NCBI GenBank assembly: GCA_030390025.1
Contig: JASTWF010000288.1
Location: forward strand, 372,001 to 436,000
DNA from: Squalus acanthias
Taxonomy: Eukaryota
Length of the DNA: 64,000 nt
Direction: 5' to 3'
Positions 13,701 to 25,067 of the stretch are shown here, in pieces. Position 1 is the first letter of the stretch, and every line of letters begins with the position of its first letter. The notes beneath the pieces are model-generated. The model ran no database searches. It was not told where the DNA came from and was given only the letters and a program-made list of their open reading frames with translations. The position numbers and the translations under genes are program-made.

Positions 13701-14208
13701 GGTGAGACCACACCTTGAGTACTGTGTGCAGTTTTGGTCGCCTTATCTGAGGAAGGATGTTCTTGCCATGGAAGGAGTTCAGCGAAGATTCACAAGGCTG
13801 ATACCTGGGATGGCAGGAATGACATATGAGGAGAGATTGGGTCGATTGGGCTTATACTCGCTGGAGTATAGAAGAATGAGAGGGGATCTCATCGAAACAT
13901 ATAAAATTCTGACAGGTCTGGACAAACTAGATGCAGGAAGAATGTTCCTGGTGGTCGGAGAGTCCAGAACCAGGGGTCATAATCTAAGGATAAGGGGTAA
14001 GCCATTTAGGACAGAAATGAGGAAGAATTTCTTCACCCAGAGAGTGGTGAACCTGTGGAATTCTCTAACCACAGAAGGTAGTTGAGGCCAAGTCATTAAA
14101 TATATTCAAGAATGAGTTAGATATATTTCTAAAAGCTAAAGGTATCAAGGGATATGGGGAGAAGGCAGGTACAGGGTACTGAGTTTGGATGATCAGCCAT
14201 GATCTCAT
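10790..14208 (+). mobile_element. CR1 LINE with near-complete ORF2 (APE endonuclease + RT), interrupted by a MITE and carrying an internal deletion
   Basis: LNARSIRNK, GITETW, GDFN, DHN (APE); YLDFQKAFDKV, GVPQGS, FADD (RT); ORFs 10851-11162 and 11818-14085 join in frame once the MITE is removed. Confidence 0.95.
11148..11910. mobile_element. Non-autonomous PIF/Harbinger-type MITE (763 bp)
   Basis: TIRs GGCCCAGAAATT / AATTTTTGGGCC (11/12); 3-bp TSD ATT; AT-rich core. Confidence 0.85.
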
Positions 14209-14696
14209 CCATGTTGTCTTTGTCCGATCCTGTCACTGTTTTCCAAGTGCTCTGCTATTACATCTTTTATAATGGACTCTAGCATTTTCCCCACTACCGA
14301 TGTCAGGCTTACCGATCTGTAATTCCCCGCTTTCTCTCTACCACCCTTTTTGAATAATGGGGTAACATTAGCTACCCTCCAATCCATGGGTACAGTTCCA
14401 GTTTCCATCGAATTTTGGAAGATGACCAGCAATGCATCTACTATTTCTAGGGCAACTTCCTTAAGTACCCTAGGATGTAGATTATCAGGCCCTGGGGATT
14501 TATCGACCTTCAATCCCGTCAATTTCCCTAACACTGTTTCCCTGCAAATACTGATTTCTTTCAGTTCCTCCCTTTCATCAGACCCTATGTTCTCCAACAT
14601 CTCTGGGAAGTTATTTGTGACCTCCTTTGTGAAGACGGAACCAAAATATGCATTTAATTGGTCTGCCATTACTTTGTTCCCCATTATAACTTCCCC
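14209..14696 (-). mobile_element. Inverted CR1 ORF2 fragment fused to the 3' UTR of the preceding CR1
   Basis: ORF 14205-14684 on minus strand (KSPGPD, NYRSVSLTS); flanks closely similar to about 12790-12985. Confidence 0.9.
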
Positions 14697-14699
14697 CGT

Positions 14700-15325
14700 G
14701 CCCTGGGTATATCTAGACCTGACTCTTCCAATTGTCCTGGGCGCCTCTCATCTTCCACCCTCCATAAACTTGAGCTCATCCAAAACTGCCCGTATCCTAA
14801 CTCGCACCAAGCCCTGTACACCCACCACCGCTGTGCTCATTGACCTGTATTGCCTCCCAGTCCATCTATGCCTCGATTTTACACTTATTATCCTTGTGTT
14901 CAAATCCCTTCCTGGCCTTGCCTCTCCCCATCACTAACGTCCTCCTGTAGCCCCTTTAATGTAGGAATACATGCCAAGGTGCTTCACAGGAGTGTTATCG
15001 AAGAAAATCTGGCACCGAGCCACTTAAGGAGAAATTAGGGCTGGCGACCATGAGCTTGGTCAAAGAGACAGGTTTTCAGGAGCATCTTAAAGGAGGGCAG
15101 AAAGTTCGAGAGGCGGAGAGGTTTAGCGAGGGGTTTCCAGAACTAATGGCCTAGGCAACAGAAGCACGGCCACCAATGGTGGAGCAATTATAATCAGGGA
15201 TGCTCAAGAGCCCACAATTAGAGGAACGCAGATATCTCGGGAGAGTTGTAGGGCAGGAGGAGGCTACAGAGATAGGGAGGGGCGAGGCCATGGAGGGATA
15301 TGAAAACAAGGATGAGAATTTTAAA
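14700..15325. mobile_element. Two L2 LINE 3' fragments, tail-to-tail (+ about 14700-14955, - about 14960-15325)
   Basis: KLELIQN..ARILTRTK and FKILILVF..LHGLAPPYL L2-type ORF2 C-terminal motifs. Confidence 0.75.
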
Positions 15326-15460
15326 AGAACTATTCATCAATGAGGCACAATAAGCTTTGGTTTTCTGCCCAATGATGCTTCCCTCTTTTCTTTGCATTTC
15401 CTCCGCACCAACTCGAGGCTCACAAGGAAAATTCGGGAAAGACAAATCAAATAGGTTTAC

Positions 15461-15558
15461 TTCAAAAAACTCCAGAGGAGTATCAGAATCCTCAGACCAG
15501 CGGTCATCCAGCCGGATGCTGTTCTCCAGTCGTTGGCGGGCCATTATTGAAGAGTCGC
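15461..15558 (-). other. Candidate exon with start codon of an unknown minus-strand gene (MARQRLENSIRLDDRWSEDSDTPLEFFE)
   Basis: Minus strand: ATTTCCTTCAG acceptor, ATAATGG strong Kozak at 15544, weak GAA|GTAAAC donor in phase 0; non-repeat island. Confidence 0.3.
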
Positions 15559-15902
15559 CTGAAGGAAATCAGTGCTGGTTTCACAATTTGACTGCAGAGC
15601 AACAGATGGTCCTTCTGATCGATACTTAGTTCTGTGAGTGAAGTAAAGTAAAAGACTGATCAGGAACATGTTAAAAGAAACAATTCCACCTTGCAGAGGG
15701 GTGAAGGAGGGAGGATTATTCCATCAAACACTCCCAGGGCAGGTACAACACATTTTAGATACAGAGTAAAGCTCCCTCTTCACAGTCCCATCGAATACTC
15801 TCAGGGCTGGTTAAGCCTGAGTTAGAAAGAGTGTAAAGCTCCCTCTACACTGTCAAATCAAACACTCCCAGGGCAGTAGCGCACGGGTTAGTTACAGGGT
15901 AA

Positions 15903-16921
15903 ATAGAATCATACAGCACAGAAAGAGGCCCTTCGGCCCATCGTGTCTGCGCCGGCCATCAAGCCCGATCTATTCTAATACCATTTTCCAGCACTTGGTC
16001 CGTAGCCTTGTATGCTATGGCGTTTCAACTGCTCATCTAAATACTTCTTGAATGTTGTGAGGGTTCCTGCCTCTACCACCCTTTCAGGCAGTGAGTTCCA
16101 GATTCCAACCACCCTCTGGGTGAAAAAGTCTTCTCTCAAATCCCCTCAAAACCTCCTGCCCCTCACCTTGAAACTATGCCCCCTGGTTATTGACCCCCTC
16201 TACTAAGGGGAAAAGTTCCTTTCTATCTACCCTATCCATGCCCCTCATAATTTTGTACACCTCAATCAGGTCCCCCCTCAGCCTTCTATGCTCCAAGGAA
16301 AATAACACCAGCCTGTCCAGTCTCTCTTCGTACCTGTCCTGCTGCCTTCAGGGATCTATGTACAGGCACACCAAGGTCCCTCTGATCCTCTGTCCTTCCA
16401 AGGGTCCTACCATTCATTGTGTATTCCCTTGCCTTGTTAGTCCTCCCAAAATGTATCACCTCACACTTTTCAGGGTTAAATTCCATTTGCCATTGTTCTG
16501 CCTGTCTAACCAACCCGTCTATATCGTCCTGTAACCTGAGGCTTCCCTCCTCGCTATTTGCCACTCCACCAATTTTCGTGTCAACTGCGAACTTACTGAT
16601 CATACCTCCTACATTCATATCTAAATAATTAATGTACACTACAAACAGCAAAGGACCCAGCACCGATCCCTGCGGTACACCACTGGACACAGGCTTCCAG
16701 TCATAAAAACAACCTTCGACCATCACACTCTGCCTCCTGCCACTAAGCCAACTTTGGATCCAATGTGCCAAATTGCCCTGGATCCCATGGGCTCTTACCT
16801 TCTTGACCAGTCTCCCATGCGGGACTGTGTCAAAAGCCTTACTGAAGCCCATGTAGACTACATCAACTGCACTACCCTCATCCACACAGCTAGTCAATCC
16901 CTTGAAAAATTCAATCACTTC
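15903..16921 (-). mobile_element. 5'-truncated CR1 LINE with internal deletion, inserted in the 67-bp satellite
   Basis: RT ORF 16286-16918 on minus strand; 3' end TAGAATCATACAGC at left. Confidence 0.9.
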
Positions 16922-17794
16922 AAGCTCCCTCTAAACTGTCCACATCAAACACTCCCAGGGCAGGTACAACACGTTTTAGATACAGAGTAAAGCTTCCTCT
17001 ACACTGTCCCATCAAACACTTCCAGGGCAGGTACAGCACGGGTTAGATACAGAGTAAAGCTTCCTCTACACTGTCCCATCAAACACTTCCAGGGCAGATA
17101 CAGCACAGGTTAGATAGAGAGTAAAAATACCTCTACACTGTCCCATCAAACACTCCCAGGGCAGTTGCAGCACGGGTTAGATACAGAGATAAGCTCACTT
17201 TAACCTGTGCCATCAAACACTCCCAGGGCAAGTACAGCATGGGTTAGATATAAAGTAAAGCTCCCTCTACACTGTCCCATCAAACACTCACATTGCAGGT
17301 AAAGCACGGTTTAGATAGAGTAAAGCTCCCTCTACACCGTCCCATCCACCATTTCCAGGGCAGGTACAGCACGGGTTAGATACAGAGTAAAGCTCTCTCT
17401 ACACTGTCCCACCAAACACTCAGAGCACGTATTCGATACAGAGTAAAGCTTCCAATACACAGTCCCATCGAACACTCCCAGGGCAGAAACGCATGGGTTA
17501 GATAGCGTAAAGCTCCCTCTAAACTGTCCACATCAAACTCTCCCAGGGCAGGAACAACATGTTTTAGATACAGAGTAAAGCTCCCTCTATACTGTCCCAA
17601 CAAACACTCCCAGGGCAGGTACAGCACGGGTTAGATACAGAGTAAAGCTCCCTCTACACTGTCCAATCAAACACTCCCAGGGCAGGTACAACACGGATAA
17701 GATATAGAGTAAAGCTTCCGCTACACTGTCCCATCAAACACTCCCGGGGCAGCAATAGCACGGGTTAGATACAGAGTAAAGCTCCCTCTACACT

Positions 17795-19000
17795 TGTAGG
17801 GTTCTCAAAATTCCCACATTCCCCAGGAGTTATTAATAAGGGGTACCCTGGACAAAGTGGCTTCTAGACCTCATGGCAGAAGCCTGCGACATTGACCAGA
17901 AACCAGGGCCCTGCAAAAACAGCAGGCCAGGTGACATGCCTGGGTCTGGAAGAGAGTTGCGAAATTCCCAGAGCCCCAAAAGACTCAGAGGAAAAGAGAG
18001 ACACCCTAAGAAAAAGGGGCTTGGGACATTTTAAAACCAATTGAGTGGATTGGACCAGGGACATTTTTAAATATGCCTGGGCAGATCTCAGTACAGGCTG
18101 CCAAAGGAGGTGGGGCTGGCCTCTACAGACAATGTTGTATATTCGACCTATCTCCAGCCCCATCAAACTGTTTAGCATTTATACAAAGAAGTAAAGGCAA
18201 CACAAATGAACAACCATCAGACCAGCAATCATCCTCCACTTAACAAATATTTAATATCGTTAAAGGCCATCTCCTGCCATTAAAGTTAACGACCTTAACG
18301 AGCCCACCAGAATTAAACAAAGCATTGGGAAGATTTGGTGGGCAAATAAGGAACAATCGAGGAGTATAACTTTAGACCTGTGCTGGAACAAGCCGGAGTT
18401 CTACAGAGACGAGACTGGCAGTTTTGCAGACTAGCAGTTTAAACAAGCTGTTCAAGCCACACAGACAGGCCACAAGCAGGACAGCTGAAGCACAGGAGTT
18501 CTCCAGTACACAGGTCAACAGAAAACAAGACCGTTCAACAAAGGTGGCCAGCAGCTCCAGAGACAGACCGACACGCAAGAAACCAGAGCAACGGTTCCAG
18601 TGACCATCAAACACCTCGAGGCACAAGGGCCTTATGAAACTTTTTACTTAAAAGGACTTTAAACCATATCTCAACTGTCAAAGGATTCGTTTGGTGAGCA
18701 TTATCCCTGGTCCTCAAGAGTCTAACTTAGCTAGTAAAGTGGGGTTGGGAGGGGTGAGGTATTGTTCCTCGTTTGTACCGAAGTTAAGATTGACATGTTA
18801 TGTTTCATCTCTGTTAAATAAACATTGGTTTTCCTCGCACCAATCCACGGGTCTGTTCGTTTGTCCTTATCGCCGCTCGATAAGTCCTGGGCTCAGAACT
18901 AGGAAGGGGATAGCGATTCGCAACCGCACAACGGGCAGGACAGTCCAGGAAAACATAACTGGCTGACCTACAAATAAGCCCGAGACAAAAACCCCTTGCA
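17795..19000 (+). mobile_element. Solo LTR (1206 bp)
   Basis: TGTAGGG...CCCTTGCA termini; 4-bp TSD CACT; AATAAA near 18817; satellite register resumes after it. Confidence 0.85.
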
Positions 19001-19020
19001 CACTGCCCCATGAAACACTC

Positions 19021-22000
19021 AGCGGCAGAGGTGGAGGTGGAGCCTGAGCGAGGCCACCGAGGATTTAAGCAGCAGGAGAGCGAGTGAGGCCCAGACTCAC
19101 CGGCAGCGGCGGAGGCGGCCCTGGGTGGAGCCCTGAGTGCGGTTTAAACAGAGTGCTGCGAATTGGGAATTGGTTCTTACTTTACACCAAGGAAAGAGTC
19201 CGAGAGCAGGAGCAGTCAAACAACAAGAACTGCGAAACCACTAAAGTGACGTCATAACCAGGGAAGGAGCTGATTGGTAAGTAGGACCTGGTGAGTATTT
19301 CTACAGTCCAGTCGTTAAAGTAAAAGTAAGGTCTCTAGTTTAGAGTAAGTAGTGTTTAAAGGGAAGTAAGGTCCCTAGTGTATTTAATATTCTTTAATTT
19401 AAAGGGAGTAAATTAAGGGTAGGACATGGCAGGGCAGCTCGGCAGCGTGGAGTGCTCCTCCTGTGCTCTGTGGGAAGTCAGGGACACTTTTGGTGTCCAG
19501 GGCAAACACATGTGCAGGAAGTGTCTCCAGCTGCAGCTACTTGAAATCCGCGTTTCGGAGCTGGAGCTGCGGCTGGAGTCACTGTGGAGCATCCGCGAAG
19601 CTGAGATATTCGTGGATAGCACATTTAACGAGGTGGTCACACCGCAGGTAAAGAGTGCACAGGCAGACAGGGAATGGGTGACCACCAGAAAGAGTAAAAG
19701 GACTAGGAAAGTAGTGCAGGAGTCCTCTGGGTCCATTTCCCTCTCCAACAGATTTTCCGTTTTGGATACTGATGGGGGAGATGGTTTCTCAGGGGAATGC
19801 AGCAAGAGCCAAGTCCGTGGCACTACGAGTGGCTCAGCTGCACAGGAGGGGAGGAAAATGAGTGGGAGAGCAATAGTGATAGGGGATACAGAGTGGAGCT
19901 ATAGTAGGGGGTGATGGACAGCCAAATATAGAGGAAAAAACAAGTCAGCCTGGAAGGCAGAGCAAATATGTAACGGCACAAGGGAGTATGGCAAGGCTGG
20001 ATGGCATTTATTTTAATGCAAGGAGTCTTGCGAGTAAGGCAGATGAATTGAAGGTGTTGATGAACACATGGGAGTATGATATTGTTGCTATCACAGAGAC
20101 ATGGTTGAGGGAGGGGCAGGACTGGTAGCTCAATATTCCGGGGTATAGAATCTTCAGGCAAGACAGAGGGGGGAGGTTGTATATTAATCAAGGAGTCAGT
20201 TACTGCTGTAAGGAGGGATGATATCTTAGCAGGTTCCTCGAATGAGGCCATATGGGTAGAACTTAAAAACAAAAAGGGGGCAAAAGTGCATCCAGGAGAC
20301 CTTTTCAGCCAGCATGTAGAAAGTCCTAAAAGAGAGAGGGGGCGGTACTGGACCTAATTCTCGGGAATGTAGCCGGGCAAGTGGTAGAAGCGTCAGTCGG
20401 AGAGCATTTTGGTGACAGTGACCAAAATTCGGTGAGATTTAAGATAGTCATGGAAAAGGGCAAAGATGGACCGGAAATAAAGGTTCTAAATTGGGGGAAG
20501 GCCAATTTTAATATGATAAGGCAGGATCTGGCCAAAGTGGACTGGGATCAGCTACTTGTAGGAAAATCCACATCAAAGCAGTGGGAGTCTTTCAGAAAGG
20601 AAACAGAGAGAGTACAACGTCAACATGTTCCCGTAAAGGTCAAGGGTGGGACCAACAAGCCTAGGGAACCCTGGATGTCAAGGGATATACAAGAATGGAT
20701 TAGGGAAAAAAAGGAAGGCTTTTGGCAGATACAAAGGAGTATAGAAAGTGTAGGAGGGCGCTTAAAAAATTAGGAGAGCGAAGAGGGGGCATGAAAAAAT
20801 ACTGGCGGGCAAAATAAAGGAAAATCCCAAGGTGTCTTATAAGTATATTAAGGGCAAGGGGATAACCAGGGAAAGAGTAGGGCCCATTAGGGACCAAAGT
20901 GGCAATCTGTGTGTAGAGCCGGAAGATGTGGGTGAGGTTTTAAATGAATATTTTGCATCTGTGTTCACTATGGAGAAGGACGATGTAGGCATAGAAATCA
21001 GGCAGGGGGAATTGTGATATACTTGAACAAATTAGTATTGAGAGGGAGGAGGCACTAGTGGTTTTAGCGGGCTGAAAAGTGGATAAATCCCCAGGCCCAG
21101 ACGAGATGTATCCCAGGCTGCTGTGTGAGGCAAGGGAGGAGATTGCAGGGGCTCTGACACAAATTTTCAGATCCTCTCTGGCCACAGGGGAGGTGCCAGA
21201 GGACTGGAGGACAGCTAACATCGTACCATTATTCAAGAAGGGTAGTCGGGATAAACCAGGGAATTACAGGCCAGTGAGCCGGACATCAGTGGTAGGGAAA
21301 TTATTGGAAAAAATTCTGAGGGACAGAATTGGTCTCCACTTGGAGAGGCAAGGATTAATTAAGGATAATCAGCATGGCTTTGTCAGGGGGAGATCATGTC
21401 TAACCAATTTGATTGAATCTTTTGAGGGGGTGACCAGGTGTGTGGATGAGGGTAGTGCAGTTGATGTAGTCTACATGGACTTCAGTAAGGCTTTTGACAA
21501 AGTCCCACATGGGAGACTGGTCAAGAAGGTAAGAGCCCATGCGACCCAAGGCAATTTGACACATTGGATCAAAAATTGGCTTAGTGGCAGGAGGCAGAGG
21601 GTGATGGTCGAAGGTTGTTTTTGTGACTGGAAGCCTGTGTCCAGTGGTGTACCGCAGGGATCGGTGCTGGGTCCTTTGCTGTTTGTAGTGTACATTAATG
21701 ATTTAGATATGAATGTAGGAGGTATGATCAGTAAGTTCGCAGATGACATGAAAATTGGAGGAGTGGTAAATAGCGAGGAGGGAAGCCTCAGGTTACAGGA
21801 CGATATAGATGGGTTAGTCAGATGGGCAGAACAATGGCAAATGGAATTTAACCCTGAAAAGTGTGAGGTGATGCATTTTGGGAGGACTAACAAGGCAAGG
21901 GAATACACAATGAATGGTAGGACAGCTGATCAGAGGGACCTTGGTATGCATGTACATAGATCCCTGAAGGCAGCACGACAGGTAGATAAGGTAGTTAAAA

Positions 22001-22648
22001 AGGCATATGGGATACTTGCCTTCATTAACCGAGGCATAGAATACAAGAGCAGGGAGGTTATGACGAAGCTGTACAAAACGTTAGTTAGGCCACAGCTGGA
22101 ATACTGTGTGCAGTTCTGATCGCCACACTATAGGAAGGATGTGATTGCATTGGAGAGGGTGCAGAGGAGATTCACCAGGATGTTACCTGGGCTGGAGCGC
22201 TTCAGCTACGAAGAGAGAGACTGGACAGGCTGGTGTTGTTTTCCTTAGAGCAGAGAAGGCTAAGGGGGGACCTGTGAGGTGTACAAAATTATGAGGGGCA
22301 TGGATAGGGTAGATAGAAAGGAACTTTTCCCCTTAGTAGAGGGGTCAATAACCAGGGGGCATAGTTTCAAGGTAAGGGGCAGGAGGTTTAGAGGGGATTT
22401 GAGGAAAAACTTTTTCACCCAGAGGGTGGTTGGAATCGGGAACTCACTGCCTGAAAGGGTGGTAGAGGCAGGAACCCTCACAACATTCAAGGAGCATTTA
22501 GATGAGCACTTGAAATGCCATAGCATACAAGGCTACGGACCAAGTGCTGGAAAATGGGATTAGAATAGACAGGGCTTGATGGCTGGCGCGGACACGATGG
22601 GCCAAAGGGCCTCTTTCTGTGCTGTATAACTCTATGTCTCTATGACTC
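19021..22648 (+). mobile_element. CR1 LINE retaining 5' UTR, ORF1 N-terminus and degenerate ORF2
   Basis: ORF1 19426-19914 with CxxC..CxxC zinc finger plus leucine zipper, cut at IVIGD; ORF2 pieces to 22563; tail ACTCTATG; ACTC on both sides. Confidence 0.93.
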
Positions 22649-23038
22649 CCTGGGCAGGTACAGCATGGGTTAGGTACAGAGTAAAGCTCCCTCTACACAG
22701 TCCACTCAAACACTCCCAGGGAAAGTACAGCACGGGTTACAGAGTGAAGCTCCCTCTACACTGTCCCATCAAACACACCCAGGGCTAATACAACACGGGT
22801 TAGATACATAGTAAAGCTCCCTCTACACTGTCCCATCAAACACACCCAGGGCAGGTACAACATGGGTTAGATACAGAGTAAAGCTCCCTCTACACTGACC
22901 CATCAAACACTCCCAGGGAAAGTACAGCACGGGTTACAGAGTGAAGCTCCCTCTACACTGTCCCATCAAACACACCCAGGGCAGGTACAACACAGGTTAG
23001 ATACAGAGTAAAGCTCCCTCTACACTGTCCCATCAAAC

Positions 23039-25067
23039 TTCTTCTTAGGCAGTCTCTCGGAACCGAGGATGCCTTGCTTCCACATTAAAAATGAGTTCGC
23101 AGGTGACTGAGTCCAATGCGGGACCTACAGTCTCTGTCACAGGTGGGGCAGACGGTAGTTGAATGGGCAGGTGGGTGGGGTGCTTGGGTTGACATGTGCT
23201 CCTTGCGCTGCCTGCGCTTGGCTTCCGCTTGCTCCCGAAGAGACTCGAGTTGTTCGGCGCCTTCCCGAATGCTTCTCCTCCACTTTGTGCAGTCTTGGGC
23301 CAGGGATTCCCAGGTGTCAGTGGGGATGTTACACTTTTTCAAGGAGGCTTTGAGGGTGTCCTTGAAGCGTTTCCTCTGCCCACCTGGGGCTCTCGTGCCG
23401 TGCCGGAGCTCCGAATAGAGAGCTTGTTTTGGGAGTCTCGTATCGGGCATGTGGACGATGTGACCCGTCCATCGGAGCTGATCGAGCGTGGTCAAAGCTT
23501 CGATGCTGGGGATGTTGGCCTGAGCAAGAACACCGACGTTGGTGCGCCTATCCTGCCAATGGATTTGCAGGATCTTGCGGAGGCAGCGTTGGTGGTACCC
23601 CTCCAGTACTTTGAGGTGCCTGCTGTACATGGTCCAGGTCTCTGAGGCATACAGCAGGGCGGGTACCACTACTGCTCTGTAGGAGGTGTGATCGGCAGAG
23701 AGGGGGTAGGGAAAGCCAACTCCAACGGTACCCTCCTCCTGTCGAAATGCTTAGAACATGGCCTTGTCATAACCAACACCATGTTCCGTCAGAGAGACAA
23801 ATAAAAGGCTTCATGGCAGCATCCTCGCTCCAAGCACTGGCATCTGCTGGACTATGTCATCGTCCGAGCGAGGGACCGCAAGGACATCCGCATCACCCGC
23901 GTCATGACAGGAGCTGATGACTGCTGGACAGACCACCGCCTAATCCGCTCTGTCATCTCCATCAATGTAGCCCCAAAACAGCGGCGGCAACAGAAACAAT
24001 GCCGCAGGAAAATCAACGCAGGAGCACTCAAAGACCCCGCTAAGAAAGCCCTATTCAGCCTGCGCCTCACAACCAACCTGACGACTCCCAGTGATTCAGA
24101 GACACAGAGTGTCCACAGCGCCTGGTCTGCACTCAAGGCCTCCATAATCAGCACCTGTGAAGAGACGCTCAGTCACTCGATCAGGAAACACCAAGGCTGG
24201 TTCGACGAGAACGACCAAGAGATCCGGGAGCTAATAAGCCGCAAGTGCAAGGCATTCCTGATCTGGAAACAGCAACAGAACTCGAGAGCAAGAAAGCAGC
24301 TCGACAGACGCCTGAAGGCCGAGGTCCAATAAAAAACTCGCGACCTAAAGAACAGATGGTGGGTGGAGAAAGCGCAGGAGATCCAGCAGCTAGCCGACAA
24401 CCACGACGTGCGTGGATTCTTTAGCGCAGTCAAGACCGCCTACGGCCCAAGCACCCAAGGCCCTACCCCACTGTGGGCCAAGAACGGACAGGTACTCATC
24501 AAGGACAGAGAGGCAGTCAGTGCCCGCTGGAAGGAGCACTTCGAAGATCTCCTTAACCGCGACTCTGTCTTCGACGCGAGTGTCCTCAACTCCATCCCGC
24601 AGCATGCTACCCGTCACCACCTCAGCACAATCCCAGCCCGGCATGAGGTTGAAAAGGCCATCCGACAACTGAAGAACAACAAGGCCTCAGGAGCAGATGG
24701 AATCCCCGCCGAGGCACTAAAGCATAGGGAAGAAGCACTACTGGTGCGAATTCATGAACTCATTTCTCTTCTATGGCAGGAGGAGAGCATGCCAGGGGAT
24801 CTCGAGACGCCGTAATTGTGACCATCTTCAAGAAAGGTGACAAGTCCAATTGCGGTAATTACAAAGGAGTTTCCCTGCTGTCTTCCACAGGGAAAATCAT
24901 CGCAAGAATCCTCCTCAATCGCCTTCTCCCAGTGGCCGAAGAGCTCCTCCCAGAGTCGCAATGTGGATTCCGCCCATAAGGGGCACAATGGACATTATCT
25001 TCACCGCGCGTCAATTACAAGAGAAATGCAGGGAACAGCACCAACCGCTGTACATGGCATTCTTCGA
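23039..25067. mobile_element. RTE-clade LINE with 5' inversion (3' part on minus strand 23039-23682; inverted 5' part on plus strand 23683-25067)
   Basis: (AAG)n tail; WQDRRTN, QLRWTGH, GGQRKRFKD, CPTC..HLRTH; APE/RT motifs HWHLLDY, KASGADGIPAE, LPESQCGFR; 11-bp TSD TCCCATCAAAC. Confidence 0.9.

Noticed and set aside
11818-14085. Functional 755-aa LINE ORF2 or host gene
   Set aside because: N-terminus comes from a MITE, the endonuclease is split, about 110 codons before the RT are deleted and the end is frameshifted
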